In this document: piece after piece, positions 1-12,610 of the stretch
Numbering within the stretch: the stretch's first letter is position 1
Layout: every line of letters starts with the position of its first letter
Notes under the pieces: model-generated
What the model was told of the DNA's origin: nothing
The model's input: only the letters and a program-made list of their open reading frames with translations
The model's database searches: none
Translations under genes and position numbers: made by a program
NCBI GenBank assembly: GCA_013265495.1
Contig: MU058687.1
Coordinates: 3,164,001 to 3,228,000 of the forward strand
Direction of reading: 5' to 3'
DNA length: 64,000 nucleotides
Source: Vicugna vicugna
Taxonomy: Eukaryota

Positions 1-276
1 CAGTCTCATCATTTGCTGTCATTTGTCCCCTGAAAAGAAGAGTCCCAGAGGAAAACACATCTAAAATAACACTCATATAGACAACAAAAAGATGGTGGGA
101 ACAGGCATTTAAAACTTCCAACTTATATATCTTCATAACTGCTGAACAGTATTCCTTAGGAAAGATATACCACAATTTGTTTATGTATTTACATGTTAAT
201 GAACATCAGAGTTCAGATTATCAACCTTCATTTTAGCAGTTTATAAAGTTCAGATTAAAAAGAATTCTCCCTAAAT

Positions 277-1022
277 AGAGGATGTGGAGAAAAGGGAACT
301 CTTGCAAACTGCTGGTAGGAATGAAAATTGGTGCATCCACTATGGAAAACAGTATGGAGGTTCCTTAAAAAACTAAAAATAGAACTACCACATGATCCAT
401 CAATCCCACTCCTGGGTATATATCTGGAAGAAAACAAAAAGACTAATTAAAAAAAATATATGCACCCCAATGTTCATAGCAGCACTACTTACAATAGCCA
501 AGGCATGGAAACAACCAAAGAGTCCATCAACAGATGACTGGATTAAGATGTGGAATACATACACAATGGAATATTACTCAGCCATAAAAAACAATGAAAT
601 TCTGGCATTTGCAGCAATAGGGACGGACCTAGAGGACATCACGCTTAGTGAAATAAGTCAGCAGAGAAAGACAAATATTATATAAGACGTATATGTAGAA
701 TCTAAAAAATAATATGAATGAATGTATATACAAAACAGAAACAGACTCAAAGCCACAGAAAACAAACTTGTGGTTACCAAAGAGGAAAGGGGCAAAGGGC
801 TAATTTAGGAATTAGGGATTAACAGATACATACTACTGTATATAAAACAGATAAACAAGGACCTACTGTATGGCACATGGAACTATATTCAATATCTTGT
901 AATGACCTATAATGGAAAAGAATCTGAAAAACAACAAATATATGTATATGTGTATAATTGAATCACTTTGCTGTATACCAGAAGCTAACACATTGTAAGT
1001 CAACTATACTTCAATTTAAAAA
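277..1022 (+). mobile_element. LINE-1, 5'-truncated (ORF2 C-terminus + 3'UTR + A-tail)
   Basis: ORF2 C-terminal peptide CTPMFIAALLTIAKAWKQPKSPSTDDWIK..YTMEYYSAIKNNEI; 3'UTR ends caactatacttcaatttaaaaaaa; degenerate TSD (aattctccctaaata / aaatctcctaaata). Confidence 0.93.
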
Positions 1023-1153
1023 AATCTCCTAAATAAATATTTAAGTATCCTAGTCATGCCCAAATAAGGGAAGAATTACTCTAATTGGCAACTAACAGTT
1101 CAGTTTCATTTGATTCTAACTGCTTTAGGTAGATATGGTAAAATAATATACTA

Positions 1154-1344
1154 CAATTGATCCTTGAACAGCACAGAGGTTAAAACACATATAAATTTAT
1201 AGTCAGTCCTCCATAGGCGAGATCCCTCTGAATGTGCAGATTCAACCAACCAGGGACGGTGAAGTACTGTAGTATTTATTATCGTAAAATATTCACATAA
1301 ATGTGGACCCAGGCAGTTCAAACATGTTGTTCACAGGTTCACTG
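1154..1344. mobile_element. Tigger2-type MITE (TcMar-Tigger DNA transposon derivative)
   Basis: Imperfect TIRs caattgatccttgaacagca ... tgttgttcacaggttcactg, flanked by TA on both sides (1152-1153, 1345-1346). Confidence 0.8.
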
Positions 1345-1810
1345 TACTTACACTTTATACACAAAGAAACAGGCCCATAAATGTTAAACTACTTTCTCTA
1401 AGGTCTTTCATTTAGTAGGAGGCAGACCAAGATTTTCTGACTCCACTTCAGTGCTTTTTCTCCTATATCACACCAAAAAATTACGTATTTTTCAAACTTT
1501 AAAGTTTTAACCCTTTACTGGGTAACAATATCTGTATTTTACTTTTTAAAGGGCACTTACTGGCAAATGAATGGGATAGGGATGAATGGGGATGGGAGCT
1601 TAAGGAGACACCGGACAAGTAAGAGACAAGTAGAAAGCAGTTCTTCCAATAAATTCATCACGATCAGCAAACTGCAATCATCACTGGTGGACAGTGGGAT
1701 AAAGACTGAGTAGAAGCGTCAAGATCATTGCTAGAGAAAGATGCAAAGTAATTAGAAATGGCGGTCACAGTGAATCACAGAAATTAACTGGTCTGTGTAT
1801 CCTATGAAAC

Positions 1811-1891
1811 TAGTAGGCTGAACAATGAAACTGCCAATATTTGACTATTTTTGACCTAAAAAAAGGAAATTTCTTCTGGTTCAATGGAATA
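1811..1891 (-). mobile_element. MADE2 mariner-derived MITE
   Basis: tagtaggctgaacaatgaaactgccaatatttgactatttttgacct...tggttcaatggaata; about 80 bp, palindromic, matches recalled MADE2 consensus. Confidence 0.75.
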
Positions 1892-4570
1892 ATTTCAAAG
1901 ATAATAACAGGAAAAGCAGTCAAGTGTAGCTAAATCAGTAAGCTTTGGCAGTTATACAGATTGGAAAGTAGCTATCCCTAATTCCTGAGGTGATACCGAA
2001 TTTTAAAGACAACAGTTATTCATTTTGAATTAAATACCATATAAAATACCAGTTAATATTAATACAAGAACCTTGGTATTTAAGTCCAATCTGATAGCTC
2101 AGTTGTAAAGAGTTTTCTTACTGCAGAGCTGCAGCAAGTATCTGTTCTAACACAGATTTAAAAACAAGGTTAGCCCTGTTAAAAGATACTAACTCTTAAA
2201 AGGTCTTTATCCTTGCCTCAGAGAGGACACAGATGGTAAAACAAGAAGTCAACATTCTTCTCTACGTTTCAAACATAAACCTTTACTTTTAAGGGTGATA
2301 AAAAGCATAAAAGCAATTTAGAGAAAATCCTGTACTGATTCTCTTTGAACTTTACAAATAAACCTTACTGTGATGATGGCTGTCCTTTTGGACTTCTTTA
2401 ATGTGTTTGTTAGAATGAAGCCACTTTTAGAATTTCTTCACTAAAAATCTACAGCTTGGCATGAAAGAAAGAGAGGAAAATAAATACGCGTGTGCAGTTA
2501 ATGTCCCAGGAAATGCAACAGATAACTTTAATGGGTCATTTCTTACTCCTCAATGTCTTTGTAACAACTCTTATGCTAAGGAAGGAAGTAGTGAATATGA
2601 AGGATCAATGGGTTGTGATGGCATCATTAGATTTAATTCTTTCAAGGAAAGAGAAAGCCTAAAAAGGATGGAGGATGGAGGCATCACAATTATCTATGTC
2701 CTGATAACCATTATGTATTGATAACTTTAAATAATTTTACAAAATAGAATTAGATTTAGAGAGTTACATTTATAAACCACTGCCAAGTAGATTTTGAAGG
2801 TGTACTGACTGTATTTCAGGTATTTTCAAAAGAAATATTTTTATCAAGTCTTAATTCAGATTTCTCAGGATTCGCAGCTATGTAATCTTAAGGTTTGAAG
2901 GAACTACTGCATTATTTCTCAAATAAAATTCTGTAAGTTCTCCTAGACAGGTATTAATCAGAAAAATAGTGTTCTATGAGCTATAAATTTTCAGGACTGG
3001 CTATAAAAGCAAGATAAGATCTATGTACAAAGTAAGGTATACAAAAGGCAGCAGACATTTTGTCTTAAGTGACATTAGTGCTAACTACTCAGAACTTATG
3101 CTTCAAAGAATATAGCATGTACTCACCTGCTTAAATAACAATATAATTTTCAATTTAGCTGATGAGCTTTTAATAACTTATAATCAAGAAAATGAGTTTG
3201 AGTCTGCAACTTCAAAAATAACATTTCCAGTGTTAACCGAAATCTTTCAAAATAAAAGACACAAATCTAAATGATGTTCAGTCAGAGTTGGTCCCTCACT
3301 CACATTATACTCTATTACACAACTCCTAAGCTTCTTAGATTTCCTGGATATGCTGATTTAATCTGCCTCCCTGGGAAAAATAAAACAAAATTACTGCTAT
3401 TCCTTAGCTCTATACGTTCTGACTAATTATAATGGGCTGGAAGAATTTGACATTTAAGAACTTTTTCCCCTCCTCCCTTCTTCTTACAGGTCACAATATC
3501 AAAGCAGATAAGGGTTTTCTCAGGTCCCCCAAACAGAACAGGTAGCCCCAAGGATGGTTTGCATTAATTAGGAGTTATGGGACATAAGGCAGGATGGAAT
3601 ATGGAAAAATACTACTCATCACCTACGTCTAATTTATACTACCAAAAACATTACATTATGGATATTTCACACAGTATCTCTTTAGTACTTTGTGTCTAAG
3701 AATCAAACTTAACTATCAATCTTTCAGTTTAATCATCTGTCCAAACTCTTATTTTTGCTTTTGGAAGGTTACTTTTTCTAATACTTTACTTTGATTGGAT
3801 TATACTGCAGAGTGAAAAGGAACATGTTTCACTCCTGCGTTTTCTTCTCTTGAAAAGCATTTTCTTTAATAAGCAGAATAAACTTAGACATTTTCAGTAT
3901 TTACTTCACGTTAAACTTTAACTCCACTGAAATCTAAAACCAGAGCTTATATCTTAGAGACCTCTTATGCAAGTCTTTATAATATCAGGTAACTCAAATC
4001 ACAGGCAAACTGTGTTTTCAAAGGCTATTCCCATTGTAATTATGGAAACTCCTAGTACTGACTCTTTTTAAAGCAAAGAAACTATGTAATACAGCAAGCA
4101 CAGTGCCAGACTCAGTAAACGCTTTTTCCCTTTCCTTGTGCTAGTAAAGCAATTTCTAATCAGGGGAAAATTATATTTAGCTTCAGTTATTTTATCTCTA
4201 AAAATTACCAAGTCAACTACTAACCAGCCTTACTTCCTATAAGATACTACTTTACAGCCTTCCATAAGTGAATGGAAGAACATGTTGATTTATATTCATT
4301 TAAACGAACTTGGTATTCTCTTGCACTAGTGGTGCTACATCTAAATCCAACATTAGGACAACAGCTCCATCTCCTTCTCAGCTGGAAGTACTTTGGGCTT
4401 GTGTGAAGGAGGTATCAGGTGTGCCTTAACTACTGGCTGCTGTTACAGCAGTTCCAAGAACTGTAAATAGTTGGCAAAAAACCTCAGATGCAATCACGAT
4501 GACACTTTCAACAGAGACAAGCAAACTAGGGCTAAGAATAATTAAAATTCTTTTCATTCTCAACACTTAA

Positions 4571-4612
4571 ACCACAGCATCCTTCATACACCACAGCATC
4601 CTTCATACACCA
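4571..4612. repeat. 19-bp tandem duplication (accacagcatccttcatac x2)
   Basis: Two exact adjacent copies. Confidence 0.95.
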
Positions 4613-5181
4613 ACCACATCCCTTCTGAGAGGAAGTGCAGACTATTAGTAGGCTTTCCCACCTTTTCCTTTTAGAAACAGAGGCACATTTAAGAGTAATT
4701 TTGCAGCTGAGGAAACTTAACTAACACTTGGAGAGGTTAAGTAACTCAAAGTGGAGGAACCAGGATTTGAACTCTCTCGTTCTTCTGGTTTCAGATTGTA
4801 CTCTTAAACATTACTAATTGATCCACTCTGGCTTCTATTTAAGTAGGTCTAACTAAAAGGGAATGTTGAGTAATAGGAATGTAAAAAGAGAACAACAGAG
4901 TAACTGTGTTTATGCAATACAAGTAACTGAGAGCCCCTGCTGTCCCATCCCCTACAGTCTCACCTGCCTCTAAGGAATCCATCACTAACACTGCCTCTAC
5001 CACCCAGCCCAGAGGTCCCACACCATGTTTCCCTGATTCTCTGGCTCTGTCCCTGGGGAAAGAGGTGGTGCCTACAGACTTCCTTGCATCCTGTGTTCTC
5101 CTTTCCAGTTTCCATTGTAAGATTTGTCATCTCCCATCTTTCAAAGGGGGGACATCCTGCAAAATTTTGTTCAACCACTGC

Positions 5182-5400
5182 CAGTATTTCTCAGTAAGAC
5201 TGCTATTGGCATTTTGGGCATGACAATTCCTGGTTGTTAAGGCTGTCCAGTGCCCTGCAGAACAATCAGAACCACTGGTCTCTTGGCAATAACTGCCAAC
5301 AGCACCTCTCCACAGCTCTATTAGAACTAAAAACGCCCCTAGACTTTTCCAAATGTGACTTAGGAAGGCAGCACTGTTGCTGATTGATTGAGAACTACTA
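5182..5400 (-). mobile_element. MER20 (hAT-Charlie MITE)
   Basis: cagtatttctca...ctattggcattttgggc..acaattc...ttttccaaatgt...ttgagaactact matches the reverse of recalled MER20 consensus; about 220 bp. Confidence 0.75.
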
Positions 5401-5764
5401 TTGGTCCTAATAGTTATTTCTTCATAAGAACCATGGGTTTCTTTTCTCTTATACCCTTAGACCTGAGTTGGAGATGCATTATCTGTATGATCTTGGGCAT
5501 ATTTTTACCTCCCTTAGATTCAATTACCATATTTACTCCAGAGGAAGATATAAATTTGGGCAGTTTGATATATTTAGAGTCCAACACTACACATAAGAAA
5601 ATCAAATAGAAAACATGGGCTAAATAATTAACAGTATATTAAAAGCCAATACCTTATGATTAAGCAGGGCCTCTATCCAGTAGGCCCTTTATTTATACAT
5701 ATTTTAGGATTTCTTTCTAGAATTTATTTCTATTCCATTAATTTGACTGTTACAAATTATTACA

Positions 5765-5850
5765 GCTTATATATATTACATAATTATATATAATTAATAT
5801 ATAAGCTTATATATTCATATATAATTTATATATATAGCTTATATATAATA
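5765..5850. repeat. AT-rich (TA)n-like low-complexity tract
   Basis: Repeated agcttatatatat/taattatata units. Confidence 0.8.
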
Positions 5851-5904
5851 CATTTTACTTCCCAGTTACTCTACTCTTGAGTTTTCTTCCTCATTCAATT
5901 ATTA

Positions 5905-7550
5905 TTTACTGAGATATAATCCACATTCTATAAAATTCATCCTTTTAAAATGCACAACTCAGTAGTTTTTAGTATAGTCACAAAGTTGTGTAATCATCAC
6001 CAATTATCTAATTCACCATTTCCAAAAGAAACTCCATCCCATTGGCAGTCACTCCTCAATCCTTTCTCCCCATTGCCCTGGGTAACTACTAATCTACTTT
6101 CTGTCTTTATGAATTTGCTTATACTGAACATTTCATGTAAATGGAATCATATAATATGTGACCTTTTGTGTCTGGCTTCTTTTGCCTAACATAACATCCT
6201 CAAGGTTCATTCATGATGTAGCATGTATCAGCACTTCATTCTTTTTTATGGTTGAGTAATATTCTCTGTATGGCTATATCATTTTGTTTATCTACTCATG
6301 AGCTGATATACATTTGGGTTGTTTTCACCTTTTGACTATCATGAATAATGTTGCTATAAACATTCCTGTACAAGCTGTCATGTGGACATGTATTCAATTC
6401 TGTTGGGTATATACCTAAGAACAGAATTTCTGGGTCACATGGTAACTCTATGTTTAACTTTCTGAGAAACTGGAAACTGCTCTAAAGTCGCTGGGCTATT
6501 TTATATTCCCACCAGTAATATGGGAGCGTTTCAATTTCTTAGATCCTCACCAACAATGTTATTGTCTATCTTTTCTATTTTAGCCATCCTAGTGGGTGTA
6601 AAGTGGTATTCTGTGGTTTTCATCTACATTTTCCTAATGACTATTAGGTTGACCATCTGCTCTTCTGTGCACATTGGGCATTTGTATATCTTCTTTGGAA
6701 AAATGTCTATTCAAATTTTTTGCCCGTTTTTAAATTGAGTTGTTTAATTTGAATTGTAAAAGTTCTTTATATATTCTGGACACTAGACTCTTAACCAGAT
6801 ATACGGTTTGCATAAAATTTCCTCCCATTCTGAGGGCTGTCTTGTCACCATCTTGATGGACTGTCCTTTAGAGGACAAAATCTTTTAATTTTGATTCAGT
6901 CAAATGTATCTATTTTTTTCTTTGATTGCTTATTCTTTTGGGTGTCATAATTAAGAAACCACTGCCTAATCCAGTCATGAAAATTTACCTCTATGTTTTC
7001 TTCTAAAAGTTTTATAAATTTAGCTATTATATTTAGGCCTTTGATTCATTTTGAGTTATTTTTGTATATGGTGTGAGGTAGGAGTCCAACATCATTCTTT
7101 TGCATATGGATATCCAGTTGTCCGAGAATCATTTAAAAAAAAAATTCTTCCCCCAATGAACTGTCTTGCTGCAAAACCAACTAACCATAAATGGAGATGT
7201 TTACTTCTGGATTCTCAGTTCTATTTCACAGTTTATACATCCGTACTTATGCCAGTATGACACTGTCTTGTCACTATAGTTTTCAGACTGTGAGTCCTTT
7301 AACTTTGTTTTTTTCAAGACTGTTTTGCTACTCTGGGTCTCTTGCTTTTCCATATAATTTTAGGATCAGCTTGCCAATTTCTAAAAAAAAAATAAAAGCA
7401 GCTGTGATTTTGATAGGGATATTTTTTTCCAGGGGTAGGTTTTGTTGAATCTATAAATTAACTTGAGGAGTATTGCTAAACTAACAATATTAAGTCCTCC
7501 AACCTCTGAGCACAGATATCTTTCCATTTATTTAGCATTTACTTAGGTCT
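5905..7550 (-). mobile_element. Old LINE-1 (L1MB-like) 3' portion
   Basis: Begins gagatataat...tgcacaactcagtagtttttagtatagtcacaaagttgtg (reverse of L1MB 3' end), followed by degenerate reverse ORF2 sequence. Confidence 0.88.
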
Positions 7551-7804
7551 TCTTCCTGTTCATTTTTGTACATTTTTTGTCTCTTGGGTGGAATTATGTA
7601 AATGTTCTCAAAATGTTGATTTGGGTTGGGAAGGTAGGGCAAAAAGAAGAAATGAATAAACACATTAAATATAAAATGATATGGCTCCTAATTTGGAAAA
7701 AGAATAATGTTTCTTCTTTTATATACTTCCAAGTCTAATTTTCCCTAATGGGAATGTATTTTCAAAGTAGTTAGAAAGGTTACAAGCGTCGGCAAGAAAA
7801 TGAA

Positions 7805-8400
7805 ACAATACATTGCTAGTGAGACTGTAAATTGGTGCTTTGTAAAAACAGCAATATGTGCTGAGCCTAAACATTAAGCCTACTCTATGACCCAGCAATT
7901 CCATTCCTAAGTGCATATACCCAAAAGAGTTGTGTACCAAAAGGCATATATAAGAACGTCACTCTTAGTAACAGCCAAGATCAGGAAACAACTCAATTTC
8001 CATTAGCAGAATGAATAAACTGTGGTATACTCAAACAACAGGATATGACAGCAATGAAAATGAATTACTGTTCCACCAAAACATGTGGATGAATCTCAAA
8101 GACATATGAATAAAATATACCAGACTCAAAAAAGTGATTATATGTGTACTGTAGTGTAGGCCATTCCATTTATATGAAGCTCAAGAACAGGCAAAACTAA
8201 TATATTGTGGCAGAAGTCAAAACAGTGATTATCTTTGGTTAGGAGGAATAAGCTGGGAAGAGGCACAAGATAACCTTTTGGGATACTGCAAGTGTTCTAT
8301 ATTATGATCCATGTGGTGATTAGACAGGTGTGTATTTAATCACTAAGGTTTGTGCACTTTACTGAATGAACGTCAATACTTCAAAAAAAGTAAAAATAAA
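7805..8400 (+). mobile_element. Old LINE-1 (L1MC/ME-like) 3' end
   Basis: tatgacccagcaattccattcctaag..., tggatgaatctcaaagacat, attccatttatatgaag motifs; A-rich end. Confidence 0.8.
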
Positions 8401-10054
8401 TTTTAAATACTTGGAAAATAAACTGAAAAAAAATTACCTGGAATGAGGTTAAATTTCTGATCTCTCAATTTATAATCTTAAATATATCTAACTATTATTT
8501 AATAATCATCCTTTTACTTAAAAAGTAAAACCAAAACTATTATCTAGACATCACAGGAGTGGGCTCAGCTATTCTTCTCTTAGCCTTTGCTGTTTAAGAC
8601 AAACCCGGAAAAAAACCCAAAATTTGTAGTGCTGGGTGTTCCAGGAATTTCTAAGACAGGGGAAAACAGTTATGAAAACAGCACTTCAGAGTTAAAGCCC
8701 TTGTCCTGAGGCAGGATGAAAGCATAAAGGGGCTGGCCCTTCCTTCTCTTCTTTCATTTTTAAAGGAAATGATTTTTTAAAATGATTTTTTAAAATCATA
8801 TGAATGAATGCAAAATTCAGATAATATTGGCCCCCCAAAAAAGTTATTCTCCATCTGTGCATCTACTTTCATTCCCATAAAGTCAGTCTTTTTCCTCAGA
8901 TGTTCTAGTATTAGTTCTTCTTACACTCTGCCAAGAGGGAGAGGTTGCTGAAAGGCTGGTGCAAATTTTACTAACGAATCTGCTTCAGACGTTCTCCTGG
9001 AAGATTGCCTTTTAGGAGAGCTATGAGACATTATAACTGAAATTATTAGGGTGCAGTGGAGTCAGAACTACTCAGCACAGAAAAAGTTAAAGTGACACAA
9101 CTGTAGTACTAAAGCATGAACGAATGCGTCACGTTAAGTGAAAATGTCAATTTGGGATTTAAAAAGTTTAAAGTCTTTGCTGAGCATAGTACCAACGTAC
9201 AACAGAAGTTCTCCCCAAACTGCCTTCTAAGAAGACTGGAATCTGAAATTCTGAATACCCAATATGGTAATACTGGCAAGATAATAACTTCTCAGACTAA
9301 CACTTCTGTTGAACTAGAATAGAAGGATGGCTTCTTTTGGAAAGTAGAGGATTTGACTTCCATTTTAAAAGGGGTAAAGCTGAGCACAAGGAGTGTATGC
9401 AGAAAAGGCTGAATTTGTACCAGGGCTTGAGATGTTCCTGAACTAAATAAACCTTAGGTAAACAGAATATTCCTTACATGTGCAAGCAGATCCTTTAAGA
9501 GGGAGAATTTCTGGGATTCCTGACTCCATTTAATCAGGAAATCAGAGTTCCAAAAATAACTTTTAATTCTTCCAAGAAAGGGGAAGTGGGTTGGCAAGTG
9601 AACATTCAGATTTGATACCAACAGTAATAAGAATTATTGAAGTCTCTGAGCTTTGGGGGAGCCCACTGGAAACGAACTGAATTTTGAATTCCTATCATAA
9701 CTGCTACCTATTTAAAAATAAATAAATATGCACATCTATGAAAGTCACCAGAACATGTAATTTATTCCACATCTTCTTATTTACTCCATATAAATGATGA
9801 ACTAGTTCATCCAATTCAATATTGTCAATTAAAATAAAAGTGATCACATTTGAGAAAGATGACCGATTTATATCGGTAAGTCTACCGAGTAAGAGTTAAA
9901 AGAAACTGTGCATACACAGTAGTTTTCATTTATTTCAGTATAAATTTGCTTGAGATACAGAAGATACAAAAGTGGTATGATACTCATTACCCCATAGGCA
10001 AAAATCTCACCAGGAAGACTACATGGAAAGGGGAGAATGTATTACATGCTAGGC

Positions 10055-11160
10055 AAGCATACATTAAACAAATCTATCCTGAGCACTCACCCACCATGCG
10101 CCAGACACTGCACTAGACCCTGGATATATTATATCGAATGTAAGAGACACCAACCCCTGCCTGCTGGGAGCTTACATTCCAGTGTAGGAGGATAGACAAC
10201 CAAAAAGATAAATGCCTCACTCAAAGGTTCATTCTGGCCAAGTGCTGCCTCCATAACGTGTCAAGACCCAGAAGCAAGAGCGTATCTGGCATTTCCAAGG
10301 GCCAAGTAAACTGGCATGGTTAGAGCTGAGCCAATGGGGGAAGAGTGGGATAGAGGAGGTCAACAGAGGGCCAAATCAAACGGGCCTCATAGGTCCTTAT
10401 GGTGACTCTGACTTAAGAGACAAGAGAAGCCCTAGGGGAGGGAGGTAAGGTCCTTAAACAAGACTGACACGACCTCTTATGTTCTAACAGGAGCACTCTG
10501 AGTGCTATATTTAGAATAGAGTCAAAGAAGAAGAGAGCACTGGAGAGATGACTGTGGCTTGGACTAGGCTGACAGCGATAGGTATGAAAAGTGGATGGAG
10601 GACATATTTCAAAGATAGACTGAAGTGTTACAAAGAAGATGCTAAACAAGTATTTAACAAAAGGATGAATCTTGAAAGAAGGGAGAGACCAATGTGAACT
10701 AGAGTATTCAGGAAAGGCATCAGAGAGTCGTAAGATTTTACTAGAACTCTGCATGGATATCTTCTATTCCTAATTTTCAGCCCTCTATTTATCTTAATCC
10801 TTCCAATGCATTTTTTGCTTGACTGATCCCTCTATGACTGGTTATCAAATCCAGGTGAAAGCAGACAAGAGCCTAAGTCAAGTAAACAACAGTGGGGACA
10901 CAGAGAAGTAGAGAGGTTCAAAGATACTAGGGAGGTATAATCCACAGGCTCTGGTGATTAAACATATGGAATAAAGAATGAGAGAAAATATAATAGGGGC
11001 TTCTTCTTTAGACAACTTCTTGGATAATGATGGCATTACCTGAGACAGGGAACACAAAAGAAAAAGCAGGTCTGAGGGGAAACAAATGGAAAAGGCTACA
11101 AATTTTAGAGAAACAAAACTCAACTTGGGGGAGCAAGTATTTGTAGAGTCTAGAGGTTTA
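10055..11160 (+). mobile_element. LINE-2 fragments
   Basis: gagcactc..atgcgccagacactgcactag, gagcttacattccagtg, tccacaggctctggtgatta, gggaaca..gaaaaagcaggtctgagggga are typical L2 motifs. Confidence 0.6.
11008..11039 (-). CDS. SPTLC2: Putative cryptic/alternative terminal exon of SPTLC2 in intron 9 (L2-derived), coding part (G)NAIIIQEVV*
   Basis: Strong acceptor gacctgctttttcttttgtgttccctgtctcag|GTAATG; phase 1 matches the end of exon 9; TAA at 11008-11010. Confidence 0.4.
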
Positions 11161-11219
11161 AAATTAAGTCTGTCAAGACGACTGCTTCCAAACTTGGACT
11201 GGCATATTAAAAGCTAATT

Positions 11220-11345
11220 TCGTTTGGGATGATGAAAAGTTTCTGGAAATGGATAGGTGATGACAGTTTACACAACACTGTAAAATGTTCTTAATGCCAC
11301 TGAACTGTATACCTAAAATGTGTTAAAATGTGTATTTTACCACAA
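11220..11345 (+). mobile_element. L1MB-like 3' end fragment
   Basis: tgggatgatgaaaagtttctggaaatggatag...aatgccactgaactgtatac...tgtattttaccacaa. Confidence 0.8.
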
Positions 11346-11371
11346 CTCACTAGAGGTAAAGTTTTAAAAAA

Positions 11372-11550
11372 ATTTGATATAATTCACATACAATTCATTC
11401 ACTCAAAGTATACAATTCAATGTTTTTTAAAATATATTTAAAGTTGTGCCACCATTACAATAATTAATTTTAGAACATTTTCATCACCCCAAAAAGAAGC
11501 CAGCACCTATTAGCAGTCGACCATTCCCTATTTCACCCCAATCTTTCCAG
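11372..11550 (-). mobile_element. L1MB-like 3' end fragment (reverse)
   Basis: gatataattcacatac...aattttagaacattttcatcaccccaaaaagaa. Confidence 0.8.
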
Positions 11551-12269
11551 CCAGTATGTCATATTTAAGAAATACTTTCCTCTTTTGGAAAGTAATACAA
11601 TTTTCCACAGAGTCACTTTTCCCCCATGTCAACAAAAGACTTAAGGGATAACTTATGGGGGGAAATATCCACACCTCTCTTAAAACTCTTTTCCATTAGT
11701 TTGGTGGTAAAGATACAACTCTACTGAATGAAAATCCTTACAGACAATTTTTTCTGCAGTTTAGATGAACGTAACTCAAATCAGTAAATACAAGCAGTTT
11801 GTTTCTTGATTTTCAGTTTGTTTTTGTTATTTTCTACCAATGTTTATGCATTTCTAATATTTAAAAACTCCAAAGGAACCAAGAGCACTCTGAAAGATGA
11901 AGAACAGAAAATTTAAAATTCAGTTAAGGATTTTAGTTCAGATTAACTTAAAATCCTGGCACATTTTAAGACATGCCTCTACTTTGTACTTAATTCATTT
12001 GTTCTTGTTTATAAGTTTGTTTCTGTTCTTATGCCTTTCATGTGTGGTCCTGTGTCCTCAGGACAAAATGCAAGCTCTGAAGGCAAATACTATGTGTTTT
12101 CCACTAGTACCTCCCCAAAGAATACACAGCAGACATTCCAGATAAAATTTTCTGAGAAAATAGAAACCCTCTAATGTGTTGAAACTAATTTAAATTCCAC
12201 AGCAGAAAATTATCTATATTCAATTACCTTAAGGCAAATAGTAATTAAATATCTAGTACACAAAAGATA

Positions 12270-12465
12270 TTCTGGGACTAAACATCCGAGTTCAAATCCT
12301 GGCTCTACCACCTAGTAACTTTGTGTCATCCGGTAAGAAACTTAACTTCTCAGCTGCCTCGTTTTGTAAAAGAGGGAGAATTATGTCTAATATTTGCTCT
12401 GAAAATTTAATGAAAAGCACTTGGAACAGTGCTCAGATACAGTAAACAGAATACATGTCCACTAT
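12270..12465 (+). mobile_element. MIR SINE
   Basis: gagttcaaatcctggctctaccacctagtaactttgtg...cttaacttctc...aaagcacttggaacagtgc. Confidence 0.75.
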
Positions 12466-12512
12466 TACATATTTCCTTCTGTGTAGTTTCCCCAAACTTT
12501 CCTGGTAACTTG

Positions 12513-12610
12513 AAACTTCAGTTTTACTTAAGCTACGTTAAATGACAGGAATTCATCGAGTAAAACTTCAGTTTTACTTAAGCTACGTTAAATGACAGGA
12601 TTCATCGAGT
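12513..12610. repeat. About 50-bp tandem duplication
   Basis: aaacttcagttttacttaagctacgttaaatgacagga(a)ttcatcgagt at 12513-12561 and 12563-12610; 1-bp indel between copies. Confidence 0.95.

Noticed and set aside
392..685. 97-aa ORF (also 46260..46610, 46574..46795, 63449..63830)
   Set aside because: Frameshifted L1 remnants or antisense L1 readings, not host genes.
1811..1891. Pre-miRNA-like hairpins (also 45295-45379)
   Set aside because: Explained by degenerate MADE2 palindromes; no evidence of processing.
4425..4475. Possible minus-strand acceptor (ctatttacag) giving (V)LGTAVTAASS* in phase with exon 9
   Set aside because: Weak pyrimidine tract and no independent support.
9862..9877. 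Short inverted repeat accgat-ttat-atcggt
   Set aside because: A 6-bp stem is expected by chance in 64 kb.
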